In this document: positions 12,718 to 27,700 of the stretch, one piece after another
Numbering within the stretch: the first letter of the stretch is position 1
How the letters are laid out: each line of letters begins with the position of its first letter
Origin: the human T2T-CHM13v2.0 reference genome, Homo sapiens
Direction: 5' to 3' (one strand)
NCBI RefSeq assembly: GCF_009914755.1
Contig: NC_060938.1
DNA: 64,000 nt
Translations under genes and position numbers: made by a program
The notes under the pieces: model-generated
What the model was told of the DNA's origin: nothing
Seen by the model: the letters and a program-made list of their open reading frames with translations, nothing else
Databases searched by the model: none

Positions 12718-15700
12718 ATGAAATATCAAAGTTCACAAACTATATATTATATACTGTACATAAAATATCAGTGTACCCAAGGTATATATTCTATACTGTA
12801 CAAAAAATATCAAAGTACCCAAAGCATGTGTTATATACTGTATATAAAATATGAAATTACATCAAATATATATTTTATTCTATACATCAAATATCAAAGT
12901 ACACCAAATATATATTCTATACTGTACATAAAATGTCAAAGTACCCAAACTATACATTATATACTGTACATAAGAAATGAAATTACATCAAAAATATATT
13001 ATATTAGGTACATAAAATATGAAAGTACATCAAATATACATTATATACTGTACATAAAATATCAAAGTACCCAAACTATACATTATATACTGTACATAAA
13101 ACATGAAATTACATCAAATATATATTATATTAGGTACATAAAATATGAAAGTACATCGAATATAGATTATATACTGTACATAAAATCTCAAAGTACCCAA
13201 ATATATATTATATAATGTACATGAAATATCAAAGTTCACAAACTATATATTATATACTGTACATAAACTACCAATGTACACAAAGTATATCTTCTATACT
13301 GTACAAAAAATATCAAAGTACCCAAAGCATGTGTTATATACTGTACATAAAATATGAAAGTACATCAAATATATATTTTATTCTGTACATAAAATATCAA
13401 AGTACACCAAATATATATTCTATACTGTACATAAAATATCAAAGTACCCAAACTATACATTATATACTGTACATAAAAGATGAAATTACATCAAATATAT
13501 ATTATATTAGGTACGTAAAATATGAAAGTACATCAAATATAGATTATATACTGAACATAAAATACCAAATTACCCCAAATATATATTTTATACTGTACAT
13601 GAAATAGCAAAGTTCTCAAACTATATATTATATTCTGCACGTAAAATATCAAATTACCCAAGGTATATATTCTATATTGTACAAAAAATATCAAAGTACC
13701 CAAAGCATGTATTATATGCTGTACATAAAATATGAAAGTACATCAAATATATATTTTATTCTGTACATAAAATATCAAAGTACACCTAATATATATTCTA
13801 TACTGTACATAAAATATCAAAGTACCCAAACTATACATTATATACTGTACATAAAATATGAAATTACATCAAATTTATATTAGGTACGTAAAATATGAAA
13901 GTACATCAAATATAGATTATATACTGTACATAAAATACCAAAGTACCCCAAATATATATTTTATACTGTACATGAAATATCAAAGTTCTCAAACTATATA
14001 TTATATTCTGCACATAAAATATCAAAGTACCCAAGGTATATATTCTATACTGTACAAAAAATATCAAAGTACCCAAAGCATGTATTATATGCTGTACATA
14101 AAATATGAAAGTGCATCAAATATATATTTTATTCTGTACATAAAATATAAAAGTACACCAAATATATATTCTATACTGTACATAAAATATCAAAGTACCC
14201 AAACTATACATTATATACTGGACATAAAATATGAAATTACATCAAATATATATTATATTAGGTACATAAAATATGAAAGTACATCAAATATAGATTATAT
14301 ACTGTACATAAAATATCAAAGTACCCAAATATATATTATATACTGTACATGAAATATCAAAGTTCACAAACTATATATTATATACTGTACATAAAATATC
14401 AATGTACCCAAAGTATATATTCTATACTGTACAAAAAATATCAAAGTACCCAAAGCATGTGTTATATACTGTACATAAAATATGAAAGTACATCAAATAT
14501 ATATTTTATTCTGTACATAAAATATCAAAGTACACCAAATATATATTCTATACTGTACATAAAATATCAAAGTACCCAAACTATACATTATATACTGTAC
14601 ATAAAAGATGAAATTACATCAAATATATATTATATTAGGTACGTAAAATATGAAAGTACATCAAATATAGATTATATACTGAACATAAAATACCAAATTA
14701 CCCCAAATATATATTTTATACTGTACATGAAATAGCAAAGTTCTCAAACTATATATTATATTCTGCACGTAAAATATCAAATTACCCAAGGTATATATTC
14801 TATATTGTACAAAAAATATCAAAGTACCCAAAGCATGTATTATATGCTGTACATAAAATATGAAAGTACATCAAATATATATTTTATTCTGTACATAAAA
14901 TATCAAAGTACACCAAATATATATTCTATACTGTACATAAAATATCAAAGTACCCAAACTATACATTATATACTGTACATAAAATATGAAATTACATCAA
15001 ATTTATATTAGGTACGTAAAATATGAAAGTACATCAAATATAGATTATATACTGTACATAAAATACCAAAGTACCCCAAATATATATTTTATACTGTACA
15101 TGAAATATCAAAGTTCTCAAACTATATATTATATTCTGCACATAAAATATCAAAGTACCCAAGGTATATATTCTATACTGTACAAAAAATATCAAAGTAC
15201 CCAAAGCATGTATTATATGCTGTACATAAAATATGAAAGTGCATCAAATATATATTTTATTCTGTACATAAAATATAAAAGTACACCAAATAAATATTCT
15301 ATACTGTACATAAAATATCAAAGTACCCAAACTATACATTATATACTGTACATAAAATATGAAATTACATCAGATATAGATTATATTAGGTACATAAAAT
15401 ATGAAAGTACATCAAATATAGATTATATACTGTACATAAAATATCAAAGTACCCAAATATATATTATATACTGTACATGAAATATCAAAGTTCACAAACT
15501 ATATATTATATACTGTACATAAAATATCAGTGTACCCAAGGTATATATTCTATACTGTACAAAAAATATCAAAGTACCCAAAGCATGTGTTATATACTGT
15601 ATATAAAATATGAAATTACATCAAATATATATTTTATTCTATACATCAAATATCAAAGTACACCAAATATATATTCTATACTGTACATAAAATGTCAAAG

Positions 15701-17285
15701 TACCCAAACTATACATTATATACTGTACATAAGAAATGAAATTACATCAAAAATATATTATATTAGGTACATAAAATATGAAAGTACATCAAATATACAT
15801 TATATACTGTACATAAAATATCAAAGTACCCAAACTATACATTATATACTGTACATAAAACATGAAATTACATCAAATATATATTATATTAGGTACATAA
15901 AATATGAAAGTACATCGAATATAGATTATATACTGTACATAAAATCTCAAAGTACCCAAATATATATTATATAATGTACATGAAATATCAAAGTTCACAA
16001 ACTATATATTATATACTGTACATAAACTACCAATGTACACAAAGTATATCTTCTATACTGTACAAAAAATATCAAAGTACCCAAAGCATGTGTTATATAC
16101 TGTACATAAAATATGAAAGTACATCAAATATATATTTTATTCTGTACATAAAATATCAAAGTACACCAAATATATATTCTATACTGTACATAAAATATCA
16201 AAGTACCCAAACTATACATTATATACTGTACATAAAAGATGAAATTACATCAAATATATATTATATTAGGTACGTAAAATATGAAAGTACATCAAATATA
16301 GATTATATACTGAACATAAAATACCAAATTACCCCAAATATATATTTTATACTGTACATGAAATAGCAAAGTTCTCAAACTATATATTATATTCTGCACG
16401 TAAAATATCAAATTACCCAAGGTATATATTCTATATTGTACAAAAAATATCAAAGTACCCAAAGCATGTATTATATGCTGTACATAAAATATGAAAGTAC
16501 ATCAAATATATATTTTATTCTGTACATAAAATATCAAAGTACACCAAATATATATTCTATACTGTACATAAAATATCAAAGTACCCAAACTATACATTAT
16601 ATACTGTACATAAAATATGAAATTACATCAAATTTATATTAGGTACGTAAAATATGAAAGTACATCAAATATAGATTATATACTGTACATAAAATACCAA
16701 AGTACCCCAAATATATATTTTATACTGTACATGAAATATCAAAGTTCTCAAACTATATATTATATTCTGCACATAAAATATCAAAGTACCCAAGGTATAT
16801 ATTCTATACTGTACAAAAAATATCAAAGTACCCAAAGCATGTATTATATGCTGTACATAAAATATGAAAGTGCATCAAATATATATTTTATTCTGTACAT
16901 AAAATATAAAAGTACACCAAATATATATTCTATACTGTACATAAAATATCAAAGTACCCAAACTATACATTATATACTGGACATAAAATATGAAATTACA
17001 TCAAATATATATTATATTAGGTACATAAAATATGAAAGTACATCAAATATAGATTATATACTGTACATAAAATATCAAAGTACCCAAATATATATTATAT
17101 ACTGTACATGAAATATCAAAGTTCACAAACTATATATTATATACTGTACATAAAATATCAATGTACCCAAAGTATATATTCTATACTGTACAAAAAATAT
17201 CAAAGTACCCAAAGCATGTGTTATATACTGTACATAAAATATGAAAGTACATCAAATATATATTTTATTCTGTACATAAAATATC
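12540..17285. repeat. Nested duplication block: 2759-bp offset copy enclosing a 1128-bp tandem repeat
   Basis: Identical ORF translations at 12718/15477, 13215/15974, 13677/16436 and 13858/16617 (all +2759). Matching ORFs at 13677/14805 and 13858/14986 (+1128). Marker TCAGATATAG at 12611 and 15370. Confidence 0.88.
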
Positions 17286-18799
17286 AAACTACACCAAATA
17301 TATATTCTATACTGTACATAAAATATCAAAGTACCCAAACTATACATTATATACTGTACATAAAAGATGAAATTACATCAAAAATATATTATATTACGTA
17401 CATAAAATATGAAAGTACATCAAATATAGATTATATACTGTACATAAAATCTCAAAGTACCCAAATATATATTATATACTGTACATGAAATATCAAAGTT
17501 CACAAACTATATATTATATACGGTACATAAACTACCAATGTACACAAAGTATATATTCTATACTGTACAAAAAATATCAAAGTACCCAAAGCATGTGTTA
17601 TATACTGTACATAAAATATGAAAGTACATCAAATATATATTTTATTCTGTACATAAAATATCAAAGTACACCAAATATATATTCTCTACTGTACATAAAA
17701 TATCAAAGTACCCAAACTATACATTATATACTGTACATAAAAGATGAAATTACATCAAATATATATTATATTAGGTACGTAAAATATGAAAGTACATCAA
17801 ATATAGATTATATACTGTACATAAAATACCAAATTACCCCAAATTTATATTTTATACTGTACATGAAATAGCAAAGTTCTCAAACTATATATTATATTCT
17901 GCACGTAAAATATCAAAGTACCCAAGGTATATATTCTATATTGTACAAAAAATATCAAAGTACCCAAAGCATGTATTATATACTGTACATAAAATATGAA
18001 AGTACATCAAATATATATTTTATTCTGTACATAAAATATCAAAGTACACCAAATATATATTCTATACTGTACATAAAATATCAAAGTACCCAAACTATAC
18101 ATTATATACTGTACATAAAATATGAAATTACATCAAATATATATTATGTTAGGTAGGTAAAATTTGAAAGTACATCAAATATAGATTATATACTGTACAT
18201 AAAATACCAAAGTACCCCAAATATATATTTTATACTGTACATGAAATATCAAAGTTCTCAAAGTATATGTTATATCCTGTACATAAAATATCAAAGTACT
18301 CAAGGTATATATTCTATACTGTACAAAAAATATCAAAGTACCCAAAGCATGTATTATATACTGTACATAAAATATGAAAGTACATCAAATATATATTTTA
18401 TTCTGTACATAAATTATCAAAGTACACCAAATATATATTCTATACTGTACATAAAATATCAAAGTACCCAAACTATACATTATATACTGTACATAAAATA
18501 TGAAATTACATCAAATATATATTATATTAGGTACATAAAATATGAAAGTGCATCAAATATAGATTATATACTGTACATAAAATATCAAAATACCCAAATA
18601 TGTATTATACACTGTACATGAAATATCAAAGTTCACAAACTATATATTATATACTGTACATAAAATATCAATGTACCCATGGTATATATTCTATAATGTA
18701 CAAAAAATATCAAAGTACCCAAAGCATGTATTATATACTGTACATAAAATATGAAATTACATCAAATATATATTTTATTCTGTACATAAAATATCAAAG

Positions 18800-21700
18800 T
18801 ACACCAAATATATATTCTATACTGTACATAAAATATCAAAGTACCCAAACTATACATTATATACTGTACATAAAATATGAAATTACATCAAATATATATT
18901 ATATTAGGTACGTAAAATATGAACGTACATCAAATATAGATTATATACTGTACATAAAGTACCAAATAACCCAAAATATATATTTTATACTGTACATAAA
19001 ATATAAAAGTTCTCAAACTATATATTATGTTCTCTACATAAAATATCAAAGTACCCAAGGTTTATATTCTATACTGTACAAAAAATATCAAAGTACCCAA
19101 AGCATGTATTATATGCTGTACATAAAATATGAAAGTACATCAAATATATATTTTATTATGTACATAAAATATCAAAGTACACCAAATATATATTCTATAC
19201 TGTACATAAAATATCAAAGTACACAAACTATACATTATATACTGTACATAAAATATGAAATTACATCAAACATATATTATATTAGGTACATAAAATATGA
19301 AAGTTCATCAAATATAGATTATATACTGTACGTAAAATATCAAAGTACCCAAATATAACTTATGTACTGTACATGAAATATCAAAGTTCACAAACTATAT
19401 ATTATATACTGTACATAAAATATCAATGTACCCAAGGTATATATTCTACACTGTACAAAAAATATCAAAGTACCCAAATCATGTGTTATATACTGTATAT
19501 AAAATATGAAAGTACATCAAATATATATTTTATTCTGTACATAAAATATCAAAGTACACCAAATATATATTCTATACTGTACATAAAATATCAAAGTACC
19601 CAAACTATACATTATATTCTGTACATAAAAGATGAAATTACATCAAAAATATATTATATTTGGTACATAAAATATGAAAGTACATCAAATATAGATTATA
19701 TACTGTATATAAAATATCAAAGTACCCCAAATATATATTATATACTCTACATGAAATATCAAAGTTCACAAACTATATATTATATACTGTACATAAAATA
19801 TCAATGTACCCAAGGTATATATTCTATACTGTACAAAAAATATCAAAGTACCCAAAGCATGTATTATATGCTGTACATAAAATATGAAAGTACATCAAAT
19901 ATATATTTTATTCTGTACATAAAATATCAAAGTACACCAAATATATATTCTATACTGTACATAAAATATCAAGTACCCAAACTATACATTATATACTGTT
20001 CATAAAAGATGAAATTACATCAAATATATATTATATTAGGTACATAAAATATGAAAGTACATCAAATATAGATTATATACTGTACATAAAATATCAAAGT
20101 ACCCAAATATATATTATATACTGTATATGAAATATCAAAGTTCACAAACTATATATTATATACTGTACATAAAATATCAATGTACCCAAGGTATATATTC
20201 TATACTGTACAAAAAATATCAAAGTACCCAAAGCATGTGTTATATTCTGTACATAAAATATGAAAGTACATCAAATATATATTTTATTCTCAACATAAAA
20301 TATCAAAGTACACCAAATATATATCCTATACTGTACATAAAATATCAAAGTACCCAAACTATACATTATATACTGTACATAAAAGATGAAATTACATCAA
20401 AAATATATTATATTAGGTACATAAAATATGAAAGTACATCAAAAATATATTTTATTCTGTACATAAAATATCAAAGTACACCAAATATATATCCTATGCT
20501 GTACATAAAATATCAAAGTACCCAAACTATACATTATATACTGAACATAAAAGATGAAATTACATAAAAATGTATTATTTAAGGTACATAAAATATGAAA
20601 GTACATCAAATATAGATTATATACTGTACATAAAATATCAAAGTAACCCCAAATATATATTATATACTCTACATGAATTATCAAAGTTCACAAACTATAT
20701 ATTATATACGGTATATAAAATATCAATGTACCCAAGGTATATATTCTATACTGTACAGTAAATATCAAAGTATCCAAAGCATGTATTATATATTGTACAT
20801 AAAATATGAAAGTACATCAAATATATATTTTATTCTGTACATAACATATCAAATTACACCAAATATATATTCTATTGTGTACATAAAATATCAAAGTACC
20901 CAAACTATACATTATATACTGTACATAAAATATGAAATTATATCAAATATATATTATATTAGGTACGTAAAATATGAACGTACATCAAATATAGATTATA
21001 TACTGTACATAAAGTACCAAAGTACTCAAAATATATATTTTATACTGTACATGAAATATAAAAGTTCTCAAACTATATATTATGTCCTCTACATAAAATA
21101 TCAAAGTACCCAAGGTATATATTCTATACTGTACAAGAAATATCAAATTACCCAAAGCATGTATTTTATGCTGTACATAAAATATGAAAGTACATCAAAT
21201 ATATATTTTATTCTGTACATAAATTATCAAAGTACAGCAAATATATATTCTATACTGTACATAAAATATCAAAGTACCCAAAATACATTATATACTTTAC
21301 ATAAAATATGAAATTACATCAAACATATATTATATTAGGTACATAAAATATGAAAGTACATCAAATATAGATTATATACTGTACATAAAATATCAAAGTA
21401 CCCCAAATATATATTATATACTCTACATGAAATATCAAAGTTCACAAACTATATATTATATACTGTACATAAAATATCAGTGTACCCAAGGTATATATTC
21501 TATACTGTACAAAAAATATCAAAGTACCCAAAGCATGTATTATATGCTGTACATAAAATATGAAAGTACATCAAATATATATTTTATTCTGTACATAAAA
21601 TATCAAAGTACACCAAATATATATTCTATACTGTACATAAAATATCAAAGTACCCAAACTATACATTATATACTGTACATAAAAGATGAAATTACATCCA

Positions 21701-24700
21701 ATATATATTATATTAGGTACATAAAATATGAAAGTACATCAAATATAGATTATATACTGTACATAAAATATCAAAGTACCCAAATATATATTATATACTG
21801 TACATGAAATATCAAAGTTCACAAAGTATATATTATATACTGTACATAAAATATCAATGTACCCAAGGTATATATTCTATACTGTACAAAATATATCAAA
21901 GTACCCAAAGCATGTGTTATATACTGTACATAAAATATGAAAGTACATCAAATATATATTTTATTCTGTACATAAAATATCAAAGTACACCAAATATATA
22001 TACTATACTGTACATAAAATATCAAAGTACCCAAACTATACATTATATACTGTACATAAAAGATGAAATTACATCAAAAGTATGTTATTTTAGGTACATA
22101 AAATATGAAAGTACATCAAATATAGATTATATACTGTACATATAATATCAAAGTACCCCAAATATATATTATATACTCTACATGAAATATCAAAGTTCAC
22201 AAACTATATATTACATACGGTACATAAAATATCAATGTACCCAAGGTATATATTCTATACTGTACAGAAAATATCAAAGTATCCAAAGCATGTATTATAT
22301 ACTGTACATAAAATATGAAAGTACATCAAATATATATTTTATTCTGCACAAAAAATATCAAAGTACACCAAGTATATATTCTATTGTGTACATAAAATAT
22401 CAAAGTACCCAAACTATACATTATATACTGTACATAAAATATGAAATTACATCAAATATATATTATATTAGGTACATAAAATATGAACGTACATCAAATA
22501 TAGATTATATACTGTACATAAAGCACCAAAGTACCCAAAATATATATTTTATACTGTACATGAAATATAAAAGTTCTCAAACTATATATTATGTTCTCTA
22601 CATAAAATATCAAAGTACCCAAGGTATATATTCTATACTGTACAAAAAATATCAAAGTACCCAAAGCATGTATTATATGCTGTACATAAAATAAGAAAGT
22701 ACATCAAATATATATTTTATTCTGTACATAAAATATAAAAGTACACCAAATACATATTCTATACTGTACGTAAAATATCAAAGTACCCAAACTATAAATT
22801 ATATACTGTACATAAAATATGAAATTACATCAAACATATATTATATTAGGTACATAAAATATGAAAGTACATCAAATATAGATTATATACTGTACATAAA
22901 ATATCAAAGTACCCAAATATATCTTATGTACTGTACATGAAATATCAAAGTTCACAAACTATATATTATATACTGTACATAAAATATCAAAGTACCCAAG
23001 GTATATATTCTACACTGTACAAAAAATATCAAAGTACCCAAATCATGTGTTATATACTGTATATAAAATATGAAAGTACATCAAATACATATTTTATTCT
23101 GTACATAAAATATTAAAGTACACCAAATATGTATTCTAAACTGTACATAAAATATCAAAGTACCCAAACTATACATTATATACTGTACATAAAATATGAA
23201 ATTACATCAAATATATATTATATTAGGTACGTAAAATATGAACGTACATCAAATATAGATTATATACTGTACATAAAGTACCAAAGTACCCAAAATATAT
23301 ATTTTATACTGTACATAAAATATAAAAGTTCTCAAACTATATATTATGTTCTCTACATAAAATATCAAAGTACCCAAGGTTTATATTCTATACTGTACAA
23401 AAAATATCAAAGTACCCAAAGCATGTATTATATGCTGTACATAAAATATGAAAGTACATCAAATATATATTTTATTCTGTACATAAAATATCAAAGTACA
23501 CCAAATATATATTCTATACTGTACATAAAATATCAAAGTACACAAACTATACATTATATACTGTACATATAATATGAAATTACATCAAACATATATTATA
23601 TTAGGTACATAAAATATGAAAGTACATCAAATATAGATTATATACTGTACATAAAATATCAAAGCACCCAAATATAACTTATGTACTGTACATGAAATAT
23701 CAAAGTTCGCAAACTATATATTATATACTGTACCTAAAATATCAATGTACCCAAGGTATATATTCTACACTGTACAAAAAATATCAAAGTACCCAAATCA
23801 TGTGTTATATACTGTATATAAAATATGAAAGTACATCAAATATATATTTTATTCTGTACATAAAATATCAAAGTACACCAAATATATATTCTATACTGTA
23901 CATAAAATATCAAAGTACCCAAACTATACATTATATACTGTACATAAAAGATGAAATTACATCAAAAATATATTATATTTGGTACATAAAATATGAAAGT
24001 ACATCAAATATAGATTATATACTGTACATAAAATATCAAAGTACCCCAAATATATATTATATACTCTACATGAAATATCAAAGTTCACAAACTATATATT
24101 ATATACTGTACATAAAATATCAATGTACCCAAGGTATATATTCTATACTGTACAAAAAATATCAAAGTACCCAAAGCATGTATTATATGCTGTACATAAA
24201 ATATGAAAGTACATCAAATATATATTTTATTCTGTACATAAAATATCAAAGTACACCAAATATATATTCCATACTGTACATAAAATATCAAGTACCCAAA
24301 CTATACATTATATACTGTTCATAAAAGATGAAATTACATCAAATATATATTATATTAGGTACATAAAATATGAAAGTACATCAAATATAGATTATATACT
24401 GTACATAAAATATCACAGTACCCAAATATATATTATATACTGTACATGAAATATCAAAGTTCACATACTATATATTATATACTGTACATAAAATATCAAT
24501 GTACCCAAGGTATATATTCTATACTGTACAAAAAATATCAAAGTACCCAAAGCATGTGTTATATACTGTACATAAAATATGAAAGTACATCAAATATATA
24601 TTTTATTCTCAACATAAAATATCAAAGTACACCAAATATATATCCTATACTGTACATAAAATATCAAAGTACCCAAACTATACATTATATACTGTACATA

Positions 24701-24760
24701 AAAGATGAAATTACATCAAAAATATATTATATTAGGTACATAAAATATGAAAGTACATCA
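18800..24760. repeat. Duplicated segments at 4319-bp offset (about 18800-20440 vs 23120-24760) with an inner 1509-bp offset pair
   Basis: ORFs 19373..20005 and 23692..24324 are near-identical and share a 1-bp deletion. ORF starts 20127/24446 have the same offset. Marker GAACGTACAT at 18921, 20976, 22485 and 23240. ORF starts 20673/22182 are +1509. Confidence 0.8.
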
Positions 24761-27700
24761 AATATATATTTTATTCTGTACATAAAATATCAAAGTACAC
24801 CAAATATATATTTTATACTGTACATGAAATATAAAAGTTCTCAAACTATATATTATGTTCTCTACATAAAATATCAAAGTACCCAAGGTATATATTCTAT
24901 ACTGTACAAAAAATATCAAAGTACCCAAAGCATGTATTATATGCTGTACATAAAATATGAAAGTACATCAAATATATATTTTATTCTGTACATAAAATAT
25001 CAAAGTACACCAAATATATATTCTATACTGTACATAAAATTTAAAAGTACCCACACTATACATTATATACTGTACATAAAAGATGAAATTACATCAAATA
25101 TATATTATATTAGGTACATAAAATATGAAAGTACATCAAATATAGATTATATACTGTACATAAAATATCAAAGTATCCAAATATAACTTATGTACTGTAC
25201 ATGAAATATCAAAGTTCACAAACTATATATTATATACTATACATAAAATATCAATGTATCCAAGGTATATATTCTACACTGTACAAAAAATATCAAAGTA
25301 CCCAAATCATGTGTTATATGCTATACATAAAATATGAAAGTACATCAAATATATATTTTATTCTGTACATGAAATATCAAATTACACCAAATATATATTC
25401 TATACTGTACATAAAATAACAAACTACCCAAACTATTCATTATATACTGTACATAAAATATGAAATTACATCAAATATATATTATATTAGGTACATGAAA
25501 TATGAAAGTACATCAAATATAGATTATATACTGTACATAAATTACCAACGTTCCCCAAATATATATTTTATACTGTACATGAAATATCAAAGTTCTCAAA
25601 CTATATATTACATACTGTACATAAAATATCAAAGTACCCAAGGCATATATTCTATACTGTACAAAAAATATCAAAGTACCCAAATCATGTATTATATGCT
25701 GTACATAAAATATGAAAGTACATCAAATATATATTTTATTCTGTACATAAAATATCAAAGTACACCAAATATATATTCTATAGTATACATAAAATATCAA
25801 ATTACCCAAACTATACATTATATACTCTACATAAAATATGAAATTACATCAAATATATTTTATATTAGGTACATAAAATATGAAAGTACATCAAATATAG
25901 ATTATATACTGTACTTAAATACCAAAGTACCCCAAATATATATTTTATACTGTACATGAAATATCAAAGTTCACAAACTATATATTACATACTGTACAAA
26001 AACTATCAAAGTACCCAAGGTATATATTCTATACTGTACAAAAAATATCAAATTACCCAAAGCATGTATTATATGCTGTACATAAAACATGAAAGTACAT
26101 CAAATATATATTTTATTCTGTACATAAAATATCAAAGTACACCAAATATATATTCTATAGTGTACATGAAATATCAAAATACCGAAACTATACATTATAT
26201 ACTGTACATAAAATATGAAATTACATTAAATATATATTATATTAGGTACAAGAAATATGAAAGTACATCAAATATAGATTATATACTGTACATAAAATAC
26301 CAAATTACCCCAAATATATATTTTATACTGTACATGAAATATCAAAGTTCACAAACTATATATTATATACTGTACATAAAATATCAAAGTACCCAAGGTA
26401 TATATTCTATACTGTACAAAAAATATCAAAGTACCCAAAACATGTATTATATGCTGTAAATAAAATATGAAAGTACATCAAATATATATTTTATTCTGTA
26501 CATAAAATATCAAAGTACACCAAATATATATTCTATAGTGTACATAAAATATCAAAGTACCCAAACTATACATTATATACTGTACATAAAATATGAAATT
26601 ACCTCAAATATATTTTATATTAGGTACAGAAAATATGAAAGTACATCAAATATAGACTATATACTGTACATAAAATACCAAAGTACCCCAAATATATATT
26701 TTATACTGTACATGAAATATCAAAATTCACAAACTATATATTATATACTGTACCTAAAATATCAAAGTACCCAAGGTATATATTCTATACTGTACAAAAA
26801 ATATCAAAGTACCCAAAGCATGTATTATATACTGCACATAAAATATGAAAGTACATCAAACACATATTTTATTCTGTACATAAAATATCAAAGTACACCA
26901 AATATATATTCTATAGTGTACATAAAATATCAAAGTACCCAAACTATACATTACATACTCTACATAAAATATGAAATTACATCAAATATATATTATATTA
27001 GGTACATAAAATATGAAAGTACATCCAATATAGATTATATACTGTACATAAAATATCAAAGTACCCCAAATACATATTTTATACTGTACATGAAATATCA
27101 AAGTTCACAAACTATATATTATATACTGTACATAAAATATCAAAGTACCCAAGGTATATATTCTATACTGTACAAAAAATATCAAAGTACCCAAAGCATG
27201 TATTATATGCTGTACATAAAATATGAAATTACATCAAATATATATTTTATTCTGTACATAAAATATCAAAGTACACCAAATATATATTCTATACTGTACA
27301 TAAAATATCAAAGTACCCAAACTGTACATTATATACTGTACATAAAATATGAAATTACATCAAATATATATTATATTAGGTACATAAAATATGAAAGTAC
27401 ATCAAATATAGATTATATACTGTACATAAAATACCAAAGTACCCCAAATATATATTTTATACTGTACATGAAATATCAAAGTTCACAAACTATATATTAT
27501 ATACTGTACATAAAATATCACTGTACCCAAGGTATATATTCTATACTGTACAAAAAAATCAAAGTACGCAAAGCATGTATTATATACTGCACATAAAATA
27601 TGAAAGTACATCAAATACATATTTTATTCTGTACATAAAATATCAAAGTACACCAAATATACATTCTATAGTTTACATAAAATATCAAAGTACCCAAACT

